64,000 nucleotides of DNA from Escherichia coli (GCF_024700885.2 NZ_CP117016.1), one strand, 5' to 3'; counted from the stretch's first letter, positions 1 through 11,818 are shown. Notes: generated by a model from the letters alone, not told the origin. A program made the numbers and translations.

Positions 1-69
1 TATCGCCTGCTGGTCATCGAAATAGAATGAGGAGTAGCCAGCGGTGAACAGGGCCTGTTTTATTTTCAT
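1..69 (-). CDS. methylaspartate ammonia-lyase, N-terminal fragment (gene continues beyond window start)
   Basis: Reverse complement of 1-69 translates MKIKQALFTAGYSSFYFDDQQAI, resembling MAL N-terminus; start codon overlaps glmE stop (TAATG); expected partner of glutamate mutase genes. Confidence 0.55.
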   Translation of the reverse strand, partial: MKIKQALFTAGYSSFYFDDQQAI

Positions 70-1514
70 TATGGTCTTCCTATTAATTTACTGTGGGATA
101 CAGCATTGATGTCATCTACAACCATCTGGAATGTCGGTTGGCGTCCTTCAAAGCGTGCGCGTTCCGCAACGTAATCGTGGTGGAGGTCGAGAATATCTTT
201 TGGCAATGGAACGGCTCCGGCTTCCAGTACGCGTATCGCGCCGGTGTTGTCACGGACCGGAAGAATTTTGCCCGCGTTGCAGGCGGCTGGCGCAAACGGC
301 ACATCCAGTACGCCCGCTTCAAATGCCAGCACCGTACCGCGCGCAATATCACCATTACCCAGTTCGAACACTTTATTCAGTACCGCGCGAACCTCGCTCT
401 TAATCAGTTCAATTTCCAGTTCAACCGCAGGGCAAGGCGGGAATTTCTGCTCGTTGACCATGTTGAGCATCTGGCGGGAGGCTTTCAGCCCCTGAATGTT
501 GGCAGCGGCAGTCGGGATGCCCCAGGCTTCGTGCGGACTTTTGGTGATGACTTTGGTGGCACCAGACATCCCCGCGACGGCTGCACCCCAGGAGATAATG
601 GCGAACGCTTTCGATTCGTCTTCCGGAAAGCCGCCCATCCACTGGTGAAACACGGTACTTAATTCATAGTCGGTATAGCCATAGCTCTGAAAGTATTCGT
701 GTGCAAGTTCACGCAGAGACTGGATCGCCGCGACATCCTGCGTCAGGCTGCCGACCTGTCCATAACCAACGGTGATAGATTTCACACCCTGTTCCAGCGC
801 CAGTAATCCTTCGATTATCGCGATAGAGTGCGAGATAAACGGCGGGATCAGCGTACCCGTTAGTGGGCCAAACGGTTCGCGGTTGATGCGGATCCCGTGT
901 TCTTCATACATCCCCATTAAACGATCGCAGTACTGCCAGTCGCGGATCGATTTTTCCAGCGTTACGCGCTTGGCATACGGAATATTGTAGGAAATGCCGC
1001 CGCCTTCATAACTGGTAAAGCCGCTGGCCATCGAGATTTCAGCCAGCAGACGCGCATCTGGCGTGCCGTGGCGGATCTGTAGCGGTTTTTGCAAAGTTTC
1101 GGTGAGGCGACGGCAAGCTGCGACGCCGTGGTTAACTACCGGTAAACCGTTCAGTTTAGAGGTTCCGGCTTCGATGGATTTTTTAATCCCTACAGCCGCT
1201 TCTTCGTACCGATTCAGACGGGTATATGCATCGATGGTGCTCGGCAGCAGATCGCACTCTTCTTGTGGTGTTTTCAGTAGTTCGATGTGTTCGTCCATCA
1301 GCGCCACGCCTGCGCGCGGTTGGCTAAGAGTTTTACCTTCCTTGTCTGCTTTCAGCAGGGCAAGAGAGAAGCGTTTATGCTCAGGAATGGTTTGTTGGTA
1401 TTTAACGCCATCTTCAAAGTTTTCAACATCCTTGCCGGTTTCCCAGGTTTTCAGTACCTGTTGCCGCTCGGTCATGAATTCGTCATGGGTTAATTTCTTA
1501 TTTCGAAGTTCCAT
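69..1514 (-). CDS. glmE: glutamate mutase (methylaspartate mutase) E/epsilon subunit
   Basis: 481-aa ORF; sequence recognised as glutamate mutase E chain; operon context with B12-binding S subunit and L component. Confidence 0.85.
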   Translation of the reverse strand: MELRNKKLTHDEFMTERQQVLKTWETGKDVENFEDGVKYQQTIPEHKRFSLALLKADKEGKTLSQPRAGVALMDEHIELLKTPQEECDLLPSTIDAYTRLNRYEEAAVGIKKSIEAGTSKLNGLPVVNHGVAACRRLTETLQKPLQIRHGTPDARLLAEISMASGFTSYEGGGISYNIPYAKRVTLEKSIRDWQYCDRLMGMYEEHGIRINREPFGPLTGTLIPPFISHSIAIIEGLLALEQGVKSITVGYGQVGSLTQDVAAIQSLRELAHEYFQSYGYTDYELSTVFHQWMGGFPEDESKAFAIISWGAAVAGMSGATKVITKSPHEAWGIPTAAANIQGLKASRQMLNMVNEQKFPPCPAVELEIELIKSEVRAVLNKVFELGNGDIARGTVLAFEAGVLDVPFAPAACNAGKILPVRDNTGAIRVLEAGAVPLPKDILDLHHDYVAERARFEGRQPTFQMVVDDINAVSHSKLIGRP

Positions 1515-1532
1515 TGATTGCAGCCTTAATTG

Positions 1533-1757
1533 TTATAGGGTTAAGCATTGAATACTGGTGCGCGCGGCGGCCAGTGGATCGACTCTGGCGACGTTTGCCA
1601 GCAGTGGTAATAGCCCCCGGGAATCGCGGTAATATTCAAATTCGGTCGGTAAGAGAATGCGTTTACCGTCGTCGTTTAACTCGCGGTATTTCAACCAGTG
1701 ATGCATATCGAACTGACTGGCACGCGAGAGCCATCCGCCGGAACCAACGACTTTACG
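1533..1757 (-). pseudogene. glmL: glutamate mutase component L, C-terminal fragment separated from N-terminal part by IS26
   Basis: Reading frame is continuous with the 2578-3749 fragment once IS26 and one copy of the 8-bp duplication are removed (restored length about 462 aa). Confidence 0.6.
1750..1757. repeat. IS26 target-site duplication, left copy (ACTTTACG)
   Basis: Identical 8 bp directly flank both IS26 ends. Confidence 0.9.
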
Positions 1758-2577
1758 GGCACTGTTGCAAATAGTCGGTGGTGATAAACTTATCATCCCC
1801 TTTTGCTGATGGAGCTGCACATGAACCCATTCAAAGGCCGGCATTTTCAGCGTGACATCATTCTGTGGGCCGTACGCTGGTACTGCAAATACGGCATCAG
1901 TTACCGTGAGCTGCAGGAGATGCTGGCTGAACGCGGAGTGAATGTCGATCACTCCACGATTTACCGCTGGGTTCAGCGTTATGCGCCTGAAATGGAAAAA
2001 CGGCTGCGCTGGTACTGGCGTAACCCTTCCGATCTTTGCCCGTGGCACATGGATGAAACCTACGTGAAGGTCAATGGCCGCTGGGCGTATCTGTACCGGG
2101 CCGTCGACAGCCGGGGCCGCACTGTCGATTTTTATCTCTCCTCCCGTCGTAACAGCAAAGCTGCATACCGGTTTCTGGGTAAAATCCTCAACAACGTGAA
2201 GAAGTGGCAGATCCCGCGATTCATCAACACGGATAAAGCGCCCGCCTATGGTCGCGCGCTTGCTCTGCTCAAACGCGAAGGCCGGTGCCCGTCTGACGTT
2301 GAACACCGACAGATTAAGTACCGGAACAACGTGATTGAATGCGATCATGGCAAACTGAAACGGATAATCGGCGCCACGCTGGGATTTAAATCCATGAAGA
2401 CGGCTTACGCCACCATCAAAGGTATTGAGGTGATGCGTGCACTACGCAAAGGCCAGGCCTCAGCATTTTATTATGGTGATCCCCTGGGCGAAATGCGCCT
2501 GGTAAGCAGAGTTTTTGAAATGTAAGGCCTTTGAATAAGACAAAAGGCTGCCTCATCGCTAACTTTGCAACAGTGCC
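1758..2577 (+). mobile_element. IS26 (IS6 family) insertion sequence, complete 820 bp
   Basis: 14-bp terminal inverted repeats GGCACTGTTGCAAA at 1758-1771 and its complement at 2564-2577; encodes Tnp26. Confidence 0.95.
1821..2525 (+). CDS. tnpA: IS26 transposase Tnp26
   Basis: 234-aa protein starting MNPFKGRHFQRDIILWAVRWYCKYGISYRELQEM, recognised as IS26 transposase. Confidence 0.95.
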   Translation: MNPFKGRHFQRDIILWAVRWYCKYGISYRELQEMLAERGVNVDHSTIYRWVQRYAPEMEKRLRWYWRNPSDLCPWHMDETYVKVNGRWAYLYRAVDSRGRTVDFYLSSRRNSKAAYRFLGKILNNVKKWQIPRFINTDKAPAYGRALALLKREGRCPSDVEHRQIKYRNNVIECDHGKLKRIIGATLGFKSMKTAYATIKGIEVMRALRKGQASAFYYGDPLGEMRLVSRVFEM

Positions 2578-2585
2578 ACTTTACG
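2578..2585. repeat. IS26 target-site duplication, right copy (ACTTTACG)
   Basis: Identical to 1750-1757. Confidence 0.9.
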
Positions 2586-3749
2586 CACGGTTGTCAGGTC
2601 ACGTCCCATCTGTAAATCGACATTGCCGACGCAGGTGCAGACCTCTTTTTTGGTGCCCGCATGTCTTTCGGTGGCATAACCCACACACAGTCCGGCCAGG
2701 ACGGTATCGAAATATTTTTCTTCTGCATTCGCGGGTAAGTAGTCGGGATGAGCGACTAGATGGCGGAGGTAATGATAAAAAGCGTCCAGCTGTGCGGGTT
2801 GCTGAGCAAAATTCACATTGACTAACTCTTTCGCACTTTCACCAACCACCATTGCCGAGACGCGCATTCCCAGATCGCCTTCCACCGTCCGTTTCACGAA
2901 GGGTTCCGGTACGCCGTGTAAAACGGTGTCGGGCGAGAGCGTGTTGGCACAGGCGGAATAGACATCGGTGGTTGCGCCACCCATGTCGATCAGCATGAAC
3001 TCTTTCCAGCTGTGATCGACGTTACTGATTGCCTTAACCAGTTCAAAGACCGTCCATGGTGTCGGCATTGGTTCTTCGCCTGTTTTATCAACAATGACAT
3101 CCAACCCTTTCCCTTTAACGATGCGTTTAAGGAATATGTCGCAGATAGCCTGGCGTGCAGCTAAAGGGTTCGGATGGTCAAGATCGGGCAGAACGTTGTC
3201 GACGATGGTCAGGTCTTTATGCCCGAGGATCTCCTGCACCTCGTCCTGAATATCCCGGTTTCCGGCATAAATAATGGCGCAGTCGAGTTTGGATTCTGCC
3301 AACACACGGGCGTTATTCAGTCCGTAGCTTTCTTCTCCGCCATCGGTGCCGCCGGTGAACAAGAGAATATCGGGCTGCGTTTCTTCCAGTGCCTGGATAT
3401 CACGGCGGTTCAGCTTGTAGGCGTAATATTGCGCAATTTTAGCACCCGCAGAGTGAGCGGTTACTTTCGCGGTTTCCAGGGTGATAGAAGGCACCAATCC
3501 CATTGCGGCAACCGCCAGCCCACCTTTGGCAGAGGAGGAATACTTCAATGCAACCTCACCACTGTTTAACAGGGGGAGGGCATTATCTACGTTTAACACC
3601 TGGTCCAGGCTGGAGAAAAACCCCTTCGCCAGATGATGGGTGGTGGTTGGGGTCAGAACGTGGTTAACCAACGTTAACGCGTCCCCCTCCCGGGTGAAGA
3701 GGGCTGCTTTGGTCCACGTCGAACCAATATCGACAGAGACGATTTGCAT
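2578..3749 (-). pseudogene. glmL: glutamate mutase component L, N-terminal part truncated by IS26
   Basis: ORF 2559-3749 (396 aa) reads 19 nt into IS26 before stopping; start overlaps glmS stop. Confidence 0.65.
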
Positions 3750-4198
3750 CAGATTGCCTCTTCAAGAATGCGAGTATCAACGTCATGACGTTGGTTGATA
3801 TCGTGGGCCATCAGCTGACAAACATCTTCTAAGTCATGACTTGGGGAAAAGACGCGATCAAATCCCATCTCTTTGAACTTGGTTTCCACGTCAGCGAAGT
3901 CATGTTTTCCGACCACCAGGTTACCGCCCACATAGAGCAGGATGTTACCCAGCCCACGCTCGATGCAGCGTTCGCGCATGCCCAGACAATCGATATCGCC
4001 ATGCCCATAGATAGAGGAGACGACAATCGCGTCAGCACCAGTTTCAATGGCAGCATCAATATATTCGTCCTGGCTGACCATTACGCCCAGATTAATAACT
4101 CTGAAGTCATGGTTGCTAAAAACGCGGTCCAGAACTTTATTGCCTACTGCATGGCAGTCCGCGCCAATAACGCCAATCACAAGTGTTGCTTTCTTCAT
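3749..4198 (-). CDS. glmS: glutamate mutase S/sigma subunit, B12-binding
   Basis: Start at [19 protein letters not shown] with an AAGGAT ribosome-binding site upstream; cobalamin-binding-type N-terminus. Confidence 0.8.
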   Translation of the reverse strand: MKKATLVIGVIGADCHAVGNKVLDRVFSNHDFRVINLGVMVSQDEYIDAAIETGADAIVVSSIYGHGDIDCLGMRERCIERGLGNILLYVGGNLVVGKHDFADVETKFKEMGFDRVFSPSHDLEDVCQLMAHDINQRHDVDTRILEEAI

Positions 4199-4745
4199 GG
4201 GTAATCCTTTGTAAGACAGAGAGTAAAATAAGTTACACACGTCGTATTTATGGCCGCTCATAACGGCACAGGTTTAATATCACAGGAGTGTCTTTATCTG
4301 ACCGTAATGTTGCAATTGATCTATTTTCAAAATGTCTTTCGGGAAATGATTGTTTAAAGTGTGTTTTCAAATTCTCATTTTAATTCAGTGTGTTATGTCA
4401 ACTAATGTCATGAATGTTAAATTTTTAAAATTAACTTGATTTGATGTATTGAGATAATTGTGATCAACTTCTAATTTGCATTTTTGTGACGTGGCTTTAG
4501 CCATGAGTAAATACATTTCATAAAAGTTAAGTCGAATTTCACTGCAATTCATCTCTGCTTAATGTAAAAATAATGTTGAAAATAACAAATAATTAATGAT
4601 TCATGCGAATTATGACCTTTGTTAGCTCTTTTGATTTTTCGTAAAAAAGAAAAGTACATGAAGGTGCTACCAGTACGAGTAACGTTAATCAAAAGTTTTA
4701 TTACGTCTGGCAATAACGCAGGCCATTTTTCGCGACAGGAGGGAT

Positions 4746-5168
4746 TTAATCAGTATAATCCTCATACAATAGGTCAGGATTTACTGAACCGTTAACGGGG
4801 ATTTGGTGTTGAAATTTAGAAATGGCGGAGTCAATTAATGAAGACAATATCGGAAAAATGACAGTGTCAGAATTAATTTCAATTAATCCTTCTCGTTGTT
4901 GACCAAAAAAGATATTTATCTTGATTTCATTTGTACTACGGCAATCAATATGCAGTAATTTTTGATCGCTGAGATTTTCTGTTTCATAAATGTTTTTGGC
5001 GATAGTCGGATGTATTGATGCCAGACATCTGCTCAGATAAGCCAGATCCTTTAGGGAACACCCCGCTGAGTAGAGGATGTCAGAGAATTTTTGTGTGTCA
5101 ACTGTTGTCTCTGAAGCGTATGTTGCATTGACAGGAAGGGTGTTGAAAGAGATTTGAGATGGGATCAT
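4746..5168 (-). CDS. hypothetical protein (140 aa), AT-rich gene
   Basis: ORF in low-GC DNA, same strand and 80 bp downstream of the 314-aa ORF; no recognisable motif. Confidence 0.4.
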   Translation of the reverse strand: MIPSQISFNTLPVNATYASETTVDTQKFSDILYSAGCSLKDLAYLSRCLASIHPTIAKNIYETENLSDQKLLHIDCRSTNEIKINIFFGQQREGLIEINSDTVIFPILSSLIDSAISKFQHQIPVNGSVNPDLLYEDYTD

Positions 5169-5248
5169 TATTTAAATCTTTCCGTGAGTAATAAAAATTA
5201 ATCCCCGGGCATTGTTTAGCAATATTTGCCACAGGGAATATATAAAAA

Positions 5249-6193
5249 TTAAAGTATTTGATTGGCATCGGTTAACTGATCAATAACCAGTGCCAGATTG
5301 GTAAACATTTTGAAAAAGCGATACTGGCTCGGAATATCTCTTTCAAAGACGAAACATTCAATGTCATTGTTTGAAAAATAAAGGACTAGTGTTGCTGATT
5401 CGTCAGGAAAAATATGGAAATATATCTGGTTACCAGAAGGAGGATAGTCCAGATGAAGGGTATCTTTGCCCGTCACATACCTGTTGTGGTCGTGGATGCT
5501 GCGCTCACACTTCATCAGAGGTGTCATGATACTCATGTATTCATCTGATGTTAATATATTAAAATCACCATCCATTTTAAAGAAACGATAAAGTAACAGT
5601 ACATCCTCTTGCGTAACCGGTTCGTTTGTTTTTAGAGGGAAATAAGTGGGAACCAGAAGATGAGGTTCTAATCTATTTTGTTGAGCGCTATAACTAAATT
5701 TGAACATAAATTCCGGATCGCTCATTAATTGAGCGACATAATTATGCCTGGCTTCAAAAATTTTAACTTTTATCAGGTTAAATAAGTCTGTTTCGTTATC
5801 CTGTATTAAAAGACATTGGCCATAGCAGCCAGGCTTTTTTTCATTATAAGCAGAAACGGTTATTCTGTCAGGAGTGTCAACGTTATATCCAAAAGCCAGA
5901 TAGTGACCTTCCTCATCGAGATTTGTTTCCAGGTTATTTAAATTCATCACATGAAGTGTTTGCAATGCTGATTCAATGAGCTGTTGACTCTCTGAGGTAA
6001 ATGTTTCGCGCTGCGTTGTATAAAGTGTATCGATTCCAACGACTATCCGATGTGGGTCAAGGATGGCGGCAATCATCTTTATTACCTGCACAGTCATGGG
6101 TGATGTCATTGATTCTTTATCTGTTTTTAGAGGATCATTAGATGGCCAACCTGAGAAGCGATTGACAGCAGAACTGATATTATCAGGACTCAT
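5249..6193 (-). CDS. hypothetical protein (314 aa) with internal YRFFKM repeat
   Basis: Long ORF in low-GC DNA; motif YRFFKM occurs twice; no recognisable domain. Confidence 0.5.
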   Translation of the reverse strand: MSPDNISSAVNRFSGWPSNDPLKTDKESMTSPMTVQVIKMIAAILDPHRIVVGIDTLYTTQRETFTSESQQLIESALQTLHVMNLNNLETNLDEEGHYLAFGYNVDTPDRITVSAYNEKKPGCYGQCLLIQDNETDLFNLIKVKIFEARHNYVAQLMSDPEFMFKFSYSAQQNRLEPHLLVPTYFPLKTNEPVTQEDVLLLYRFFKMDGDFNILTSDEYMSIMTPLMKCERSIHDHNRYVTGKDTLHLDYPPSGNQIYFHIFPDESATLVLYFSNNDIECFVFERDIPSQYRFFKMFTNLALVIDQLTDANQIL

Positions 6194-6647
6194 AGCAGCA
6201 ACCTCATTGTAATCAAGCGAGGCGCTGAGCGTACTCGGCTATAGAAAAACTAACTTGCAAAAATCGCTCATTTTTCATTTATCAGGCGAAAGTGGTCTCT
6301 GTTCACTCAGAAACAATCACTCCCGCTAAGTCATACCTGTATCATCGATACATTTAAGTGATTATTACTAATGAAACAATAACATAACGGGCTTACGGCC
6401 GGTGCTCATAAACGCAACAATCAATTAACTTTGATAAAAATATGTTATGTAAAATAGCAACAAATTGGCTAATCTAATCAATTGGTATTATAAAAAGTGG
6501 ATAAGGCGGTTCTGTTAAATAAAACACTGGTTTTTTATCTATACCTTTTCATTGTAATAATTGTGTTGCATAAATATTTCACAATAAATTAACAATAAAA
6601 TTACCAATGATCTATGGTTTATACATAATTAACATATTTGGTTGGTT

Positions 6648-6661
6648 TTGATATAAATCAA
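6648..6661. promoter_or_regulatory. FNR-type binding site (TTGAT-N4-ATCAA) in cydA control region
   Basis: Exact match TTGATATAAATCAA in the long AT-rich leader upstream of cydA. Confidence 0.45.
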
Positions 6662-6998
6662 TTTTTAATTCTTGAAAAAAATCTGCAAAACACGATAAAT
6701 TGTCGTAGATCAAATTGGTGAGATCGTGACAATTTCGCTATAAATTGATCACTGTCGAAAAATGCAAATTTGCTCAATAAAAACCTGTTTATTGTAAGGA
6801 TTTTGCGGCGTAATATAATTACGGGATCAATTTGGTTTATTCATTAACATATTTGTAACTTTTTTATCATTGTCTTTTCCTCTTTTGATGAAATGGCAAC
6901 GATAGAGGCGAGCAAATAATTTTGTATTGGGGCATGCGTGTGACCCTTTCTAACGGGGTTCACTCTCGGAGTCTTCATGCGATGAGCAAGGAGTCATG

Positions 6999-8567
6999 AT
7001 GTTAGATATAGTCGAACTGTCGCGCTTACAGTTTGCCTTGACCGCGATGTACCACTTCCTTTTTGTGCCACTGACGCTCGGTATGGCGTTCCTGCTGGCC
7101 ATTATGGAAACGGTCTACGTCCTTTCCGGCAAACAGATTTATAAAGATATGACCAAGTTCTGGGGCAAGTTGTTTGGTATCAACTTCGCTCTGGGTGTGG
7201 CTACCGGTCTGACCATGGAGTTCCAGTTCGGGACTAACTGGTCTTACTATTCCCACTATGTAGGGGATATCTTCGGTGCGCCGCTGGCAATCGAAGGTCT
7301 AATGGCCTTCTTCCTCGAATCCACCTTTGTAGGTCTGTTCTTCTTCGGTTGGGATCGTCTGGGTAAAGTTCAGCATATGTGTGTCACCTGGCTGGTGGCG
7401 CTCGGTTCAAACCTGTCCGCACTGTGGATTCTGGTTGCGAACGGCTGGATGCAAAACCCAATCGCGTCCGATTTCAACTTTGAAACTATGCGTATGGAGA
7501 TGGTGAGCTTCTCCGAGCTGGTGCTTAACCCGGTTGCTCAGGTGAAATTCGTTCACACTGTAGCGTCTGGTTATGTGACTGGCGCGATGTTCATCCTCGG
7601 TATCAGCGCATGGTATATGCTGAAAGGTCGTGACTTCGCCTTCGCTAAACGCTCCTTTGCTATCGCTGCCAGCTTCGGTATGGCTGCCGTTCTGTCTGTT
7701 ATTGTTCTGGGTGATGAATCTGGTTACGAAATGGGCGACGTGCAGAAAACCAAACTGGCTGCTATTGAAGCCGAGTGGGAAACGCAACCTGCGCCTGCTG
7801 CCTTTACTCTGTTCGGCATTCCTGATCAGGAAGAGGAGACGAACAAATTTGCGATCCAGATCCCTTACGCGCTGGGCATCATTGCAACGCGTTCCGTGGA
7901 TACTCCAGTTATCGGCCTGAAAGAACTGATGGTGCAGCATGAAGAACGCATTCGTAACGGGATGAAGGCGTACTCTCTGCTCGAGCAACTGCGTTCTGGT
8001 TCTACCGACCAGGCGGTTCGTGACCAGTTCAATAGCATGAAGAAAGACCTCGGTTACGGTCTGCTGCTGAAACGCTATACGCCAAACGTGGCTGATGCGA
8101 CTGAAGCGCAGATTCAACAGGCAACCAAAGACTCCATTCCGCGTGTAGCGCCGCTGTACTTCGCGTTCCGTATCATGGTGGCGTGTGGCTTCCTGCTGCT
8201 GGCAATCATCGCGCTCTCTTTCTGGAGTGTCATCCGCAACCGCATTGGCGAGAAAAAATGGCTGCTGCGCGCCGCGCTGTACGGTATTCCGCTGCCGTGG
8301 ATTGCTGTAGAAGCGGGCTGGTTTGTGGCTGAATATGGCCGCCAACCGTGGGCTATCGGTGAAGTGCTGCCGACAGCTGTGGCGAACTCGTCACTGACCG
8401 CAGGTGATCTCATCTTCTCAATGGTGCTGATTTGCGGCCTGTATACCCTGTTCCTGGTGGCAGAATTGTTCTTAATGTTTAAATTTGCACGCCTCGGCCC
8501 AAGCAGCCTGAAAACCGGTCGCTATCACTTTGAGCAGTCTTCCACGACTACTCAGCCGGCACGCTAA
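6999..8567 (+). CDS. cydA: cytochrome bd-I ubiquinol oxidase subunit I
   Basis: 522-aa protein [23 protein letters not shown], recognised. Confidence 0.95.
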
Positions 8568-8582
8568 GACAGGAGTCGTCAA

Positions 8583-9722
8583 ATGATCGATTATGAAGTA
8601 TTGCGTTTTATCTGGTGGCTGCTGGTTGGCGTTCTGCTGATTGGTTTTGCAGTCACTGACGGTTTCGACATGGGGGTGGGCATGCTCACCCGTTTCCTCG
8701 GTCGTAACGACACCGAGCGTCGAATTATGATTAACTCCATTGCACCACACTGGGACGGTAACCAGGTTTGGCTGATCACCGCAGGCGGCGCACTCTTTGC
8801 TGCCTGGCCGATGGTCTATGCCGCTGCGTTCTCCGGCTTCTATGTGGCGATGATCCTCGTGCTGGCGTCTTTGTTCTTCCGTCCGGTCGGTTTTGACTAC
8901 CGCTCCAAGATTGAAGAAACCCGCTGGCGTAACATGTGGGACTGGGGCATCTTCATTGGTAGCTTCGTTCCGCCGCTGGTGATTGGTGTAGCGTTCGGTA
9001 ACCTGTTGCAGGGCGTACCGTTCAACGTTGATGAATATCTGCGTCTGTACTACACCGGTAACTTCTTCCAGCTGCTTAACCCGTTCGGCCTGCTGGCAGG
9101 CGTGGTGAGCGTAGGGATGATCATTACTCAGGGCGCAACCTATCTGCAAATGCGTACCGTGGGCGAACTGCACCTGCGTACCCGTGCAACGGCTCAGGTG
9201 GCGGCACTGGTGACACTGGTCTGTTTCGCACTGGCTGGCGTATGGGTGATGTACGGTATCGATGGTTATGTTGTGAAATCAACAATGGATCATTACGCGG
9301 CATCTAACCCACTGAATAAAGAAGTGGTTCGTGAAGCTGGCGCATGGCTGGTTAACTTCAACAACACGCCGATTCTGTGGGCTATTCCGGCACTGGGTGT
9401 GGTTCTGCCGCTGCTGACCATCCTGACTGCACGTATGGATAAAGCCGCGTGGGCGTTTGTGTTCTCCTCCCTGACGCTGGCCTGCATCATCCTGACAGCC
9501 GGTATCGCAATGTTCCCGTTTGTGATGCCGTCCAGCACCATGATGAACGCAAGTCTGACAATGTGGGATGCAACTTCCAGCCAGCTGACACTTAACGTCA
9601 TGACCTGGGTTGCGGTGGTTCTGGTACCGATCATTCTGCTCTACACTGCCTGGTGTTACTGGAAAATGTTCGGTCGTATCACCAAAGAAGATATTGAACG
9701 TAACACCCACTCTCTGTACTAA
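8583..9722 (+). CDS. cydB: cytochrome bd-I ubiquinol oxidase subunit II
   Basis: 379-aa membrane protein, recognised. Confidence 0.95.
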   Translation: MIDYEVLRFIWWLLVGVLLIGFAVTDGFDMGVGMLTRFLGRNDTERRIMINSIAPHWDGNQVWLITAGGALFAAWPMVYAAAFSGFYVAMILVLASLFFRPVGFDYRSKIEETRWRNMWDWGIFIGSFVPPLVIGVAFGNLLQGVPFNVDEYLRLYYTGNFFQLLNPFGLLAGVVSVGMIITQGATYLQMRTVGELHLRTRATAQVAALVTLVCFALAGVWVMYGIDGYVVKSTMDHYAASNPLNKEVVREAGAWLVNFNNTPILWAIPALGVVLPLLTILTARMDKAAWAFVFSSLTLACIILTAGIAMFPFVMPSSTMMNASLTMWDATSSQLTLNVMTWVAVVLVPIILLYTAWCYWKMFGRITKEDIERNTHSLY

Positions 9723-9736
9723 GTAAGGAGCTAAAA

Positions 9737-9850
9737 ATGTGGTATTTCGCATGGATTCTGGGAACGCTTCTTGCCTGTTCGTTTGGGGTAATCACTGCGC
9801 TGGCGCTTGAGCACGTCGAATCAGGCAAAGCCGGTCAAGAAGACATCTGA
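9737..9850 (+). CDS. cydX: cytochrome bd-I small subunit CydX (37 aa)
   Basis: MWYFAWILGTLLACSFGVITALALEHVESGKAGQEDI; below the ORF-track size cutoff. Confidence 0.85.
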   Translation: MWYFAWILGTLLACSFGVITALALEHVESGKAGQEDI

Positions 9851-10143
9851 TGAGTAAGATTATCGCAACCTTGTATGCGGTAATGGACAAGCGCCCCCTG
9901 CGGGCGCTTTCCTTCGTGATGGCGCTTCTGTTAGCAGGATGTATGTTTTGGGACCCATCTCGTTTTGCCGCGAAGACCAGTGAACTGGAAATCTGGCATG
10001 GTTTATTGCTGATGTGGGCCGTCTGTGCTGGTGTGATTCACGGCGTGGGCTTTCGTCCGCAGAAGGTTCTCTGGCAAGGGATTTTTTGCCCATTGCTTGC
10101 CGATATTGTTCTCATTGTCGGGCTGATTTTCTTCTTCTTTTAA
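9850..10143 (+). CDS. ybgE: small inner membrane protein YbgE
   Basis: 97-aa ORF following cydX. Confidence 0.85.
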   Translation: MSKIIATLYAVMDKRPLRALSFVMALLLAGCMFWDPSRFAAKTSELEIWHGLLLMWAVCAGVIHGVGFRPQKVLWQGIFCPLLADIVLIVGLIFFFF

Positions 10144-10292
10144 ATCAGAATTCTCTTTAAAAAATTATGGGCCGCTCCAGGCCCATAAATTTTTACGCTC
10201 CCTTAACTTGCCCTCATTCCCAAACCTCAATCGCGCGCGTATAGTAGCAGCGTTTAAAAGCTCTAACTTTTGTTGCATTACCGGGATGTAAA

Positions 10293-11386
<1,094 letters not shown>

Positions 11387-11389
11387 GCC

Positions 11390-11818
11390 ATGGCCAGAGC
11401 GCGTGGACGAGGTCGTCGCGATCTCAAGTCCGAAATCAACATTGTACCGTTGCTGGACGTACTGCTGGTGCTGTTGCTGATCTTTATGGCGACAGCGCCC
11501 ATTATCACCCAGAGCGTGGAGGTCGATCTGCCAGACGCTACTGAATCACAGGCGGTGAGCAGTAACGATAATCCGCCAGTGATTGTTGAAGTGTCTGGTA
11601 TTGGTCAGTACACCGTGGTGGTTGAGAAAGATCGCCTGGAGCGTTTACCACCAGAGCAGGTGGTGGCGGAAGTGTCCAGCCGTTTCAAGGCCAACCCGAA
11701 AACGGTCTTTCTGATCGGTGGCGCAAAAGATGTGCCTTACGATGAAATAATTAAAGCACTGAACTTGTTACATAGTGCGGGTGTGAAATCGGTTGGTTTA
11801 ATGACGCAGCCTATCTAA
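11390..11818 (+). CDS. tolR: Tol-Pal system protein TolR
   Basis: 142-aa protein, recognised. Confidence 0.95.
   Translation: MARARGRGRRDLKSEINIVPLLDVLLVLLLIFMATAPIITQSVEVDLPDATESQAVSSNDNPPVIVEVSGIGQYTVVVEKDRLERLPPEQVVAEVSSRFKANPKTVFLIGGAKDVPYDEIIKALNLLHSAGVKSVGLMTQPI

Noticed and set aside
1533-2348. 271-aa minus-strand ORF spanning the left IS26 boundary
   Set aside because: Read-through artefact: only the 1533-1757 part is real coding sequence (glmL C-terminus); the rest is antisense to the IS26 transposase.
4262-4745. AT-rich intergenic region upstream of glmS as a possible small-RNA or mobile-element remnant
   Set aside because: No inverted repeats, direct repeats or stable hairpin with a U-tract found; best explained as a promoter region.
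7407-8345. 312-aa minus-strand ORF inside cydA
   Set aside because: Antisense to a well-recognised conserved gene; typical high-GC antisense open frame.
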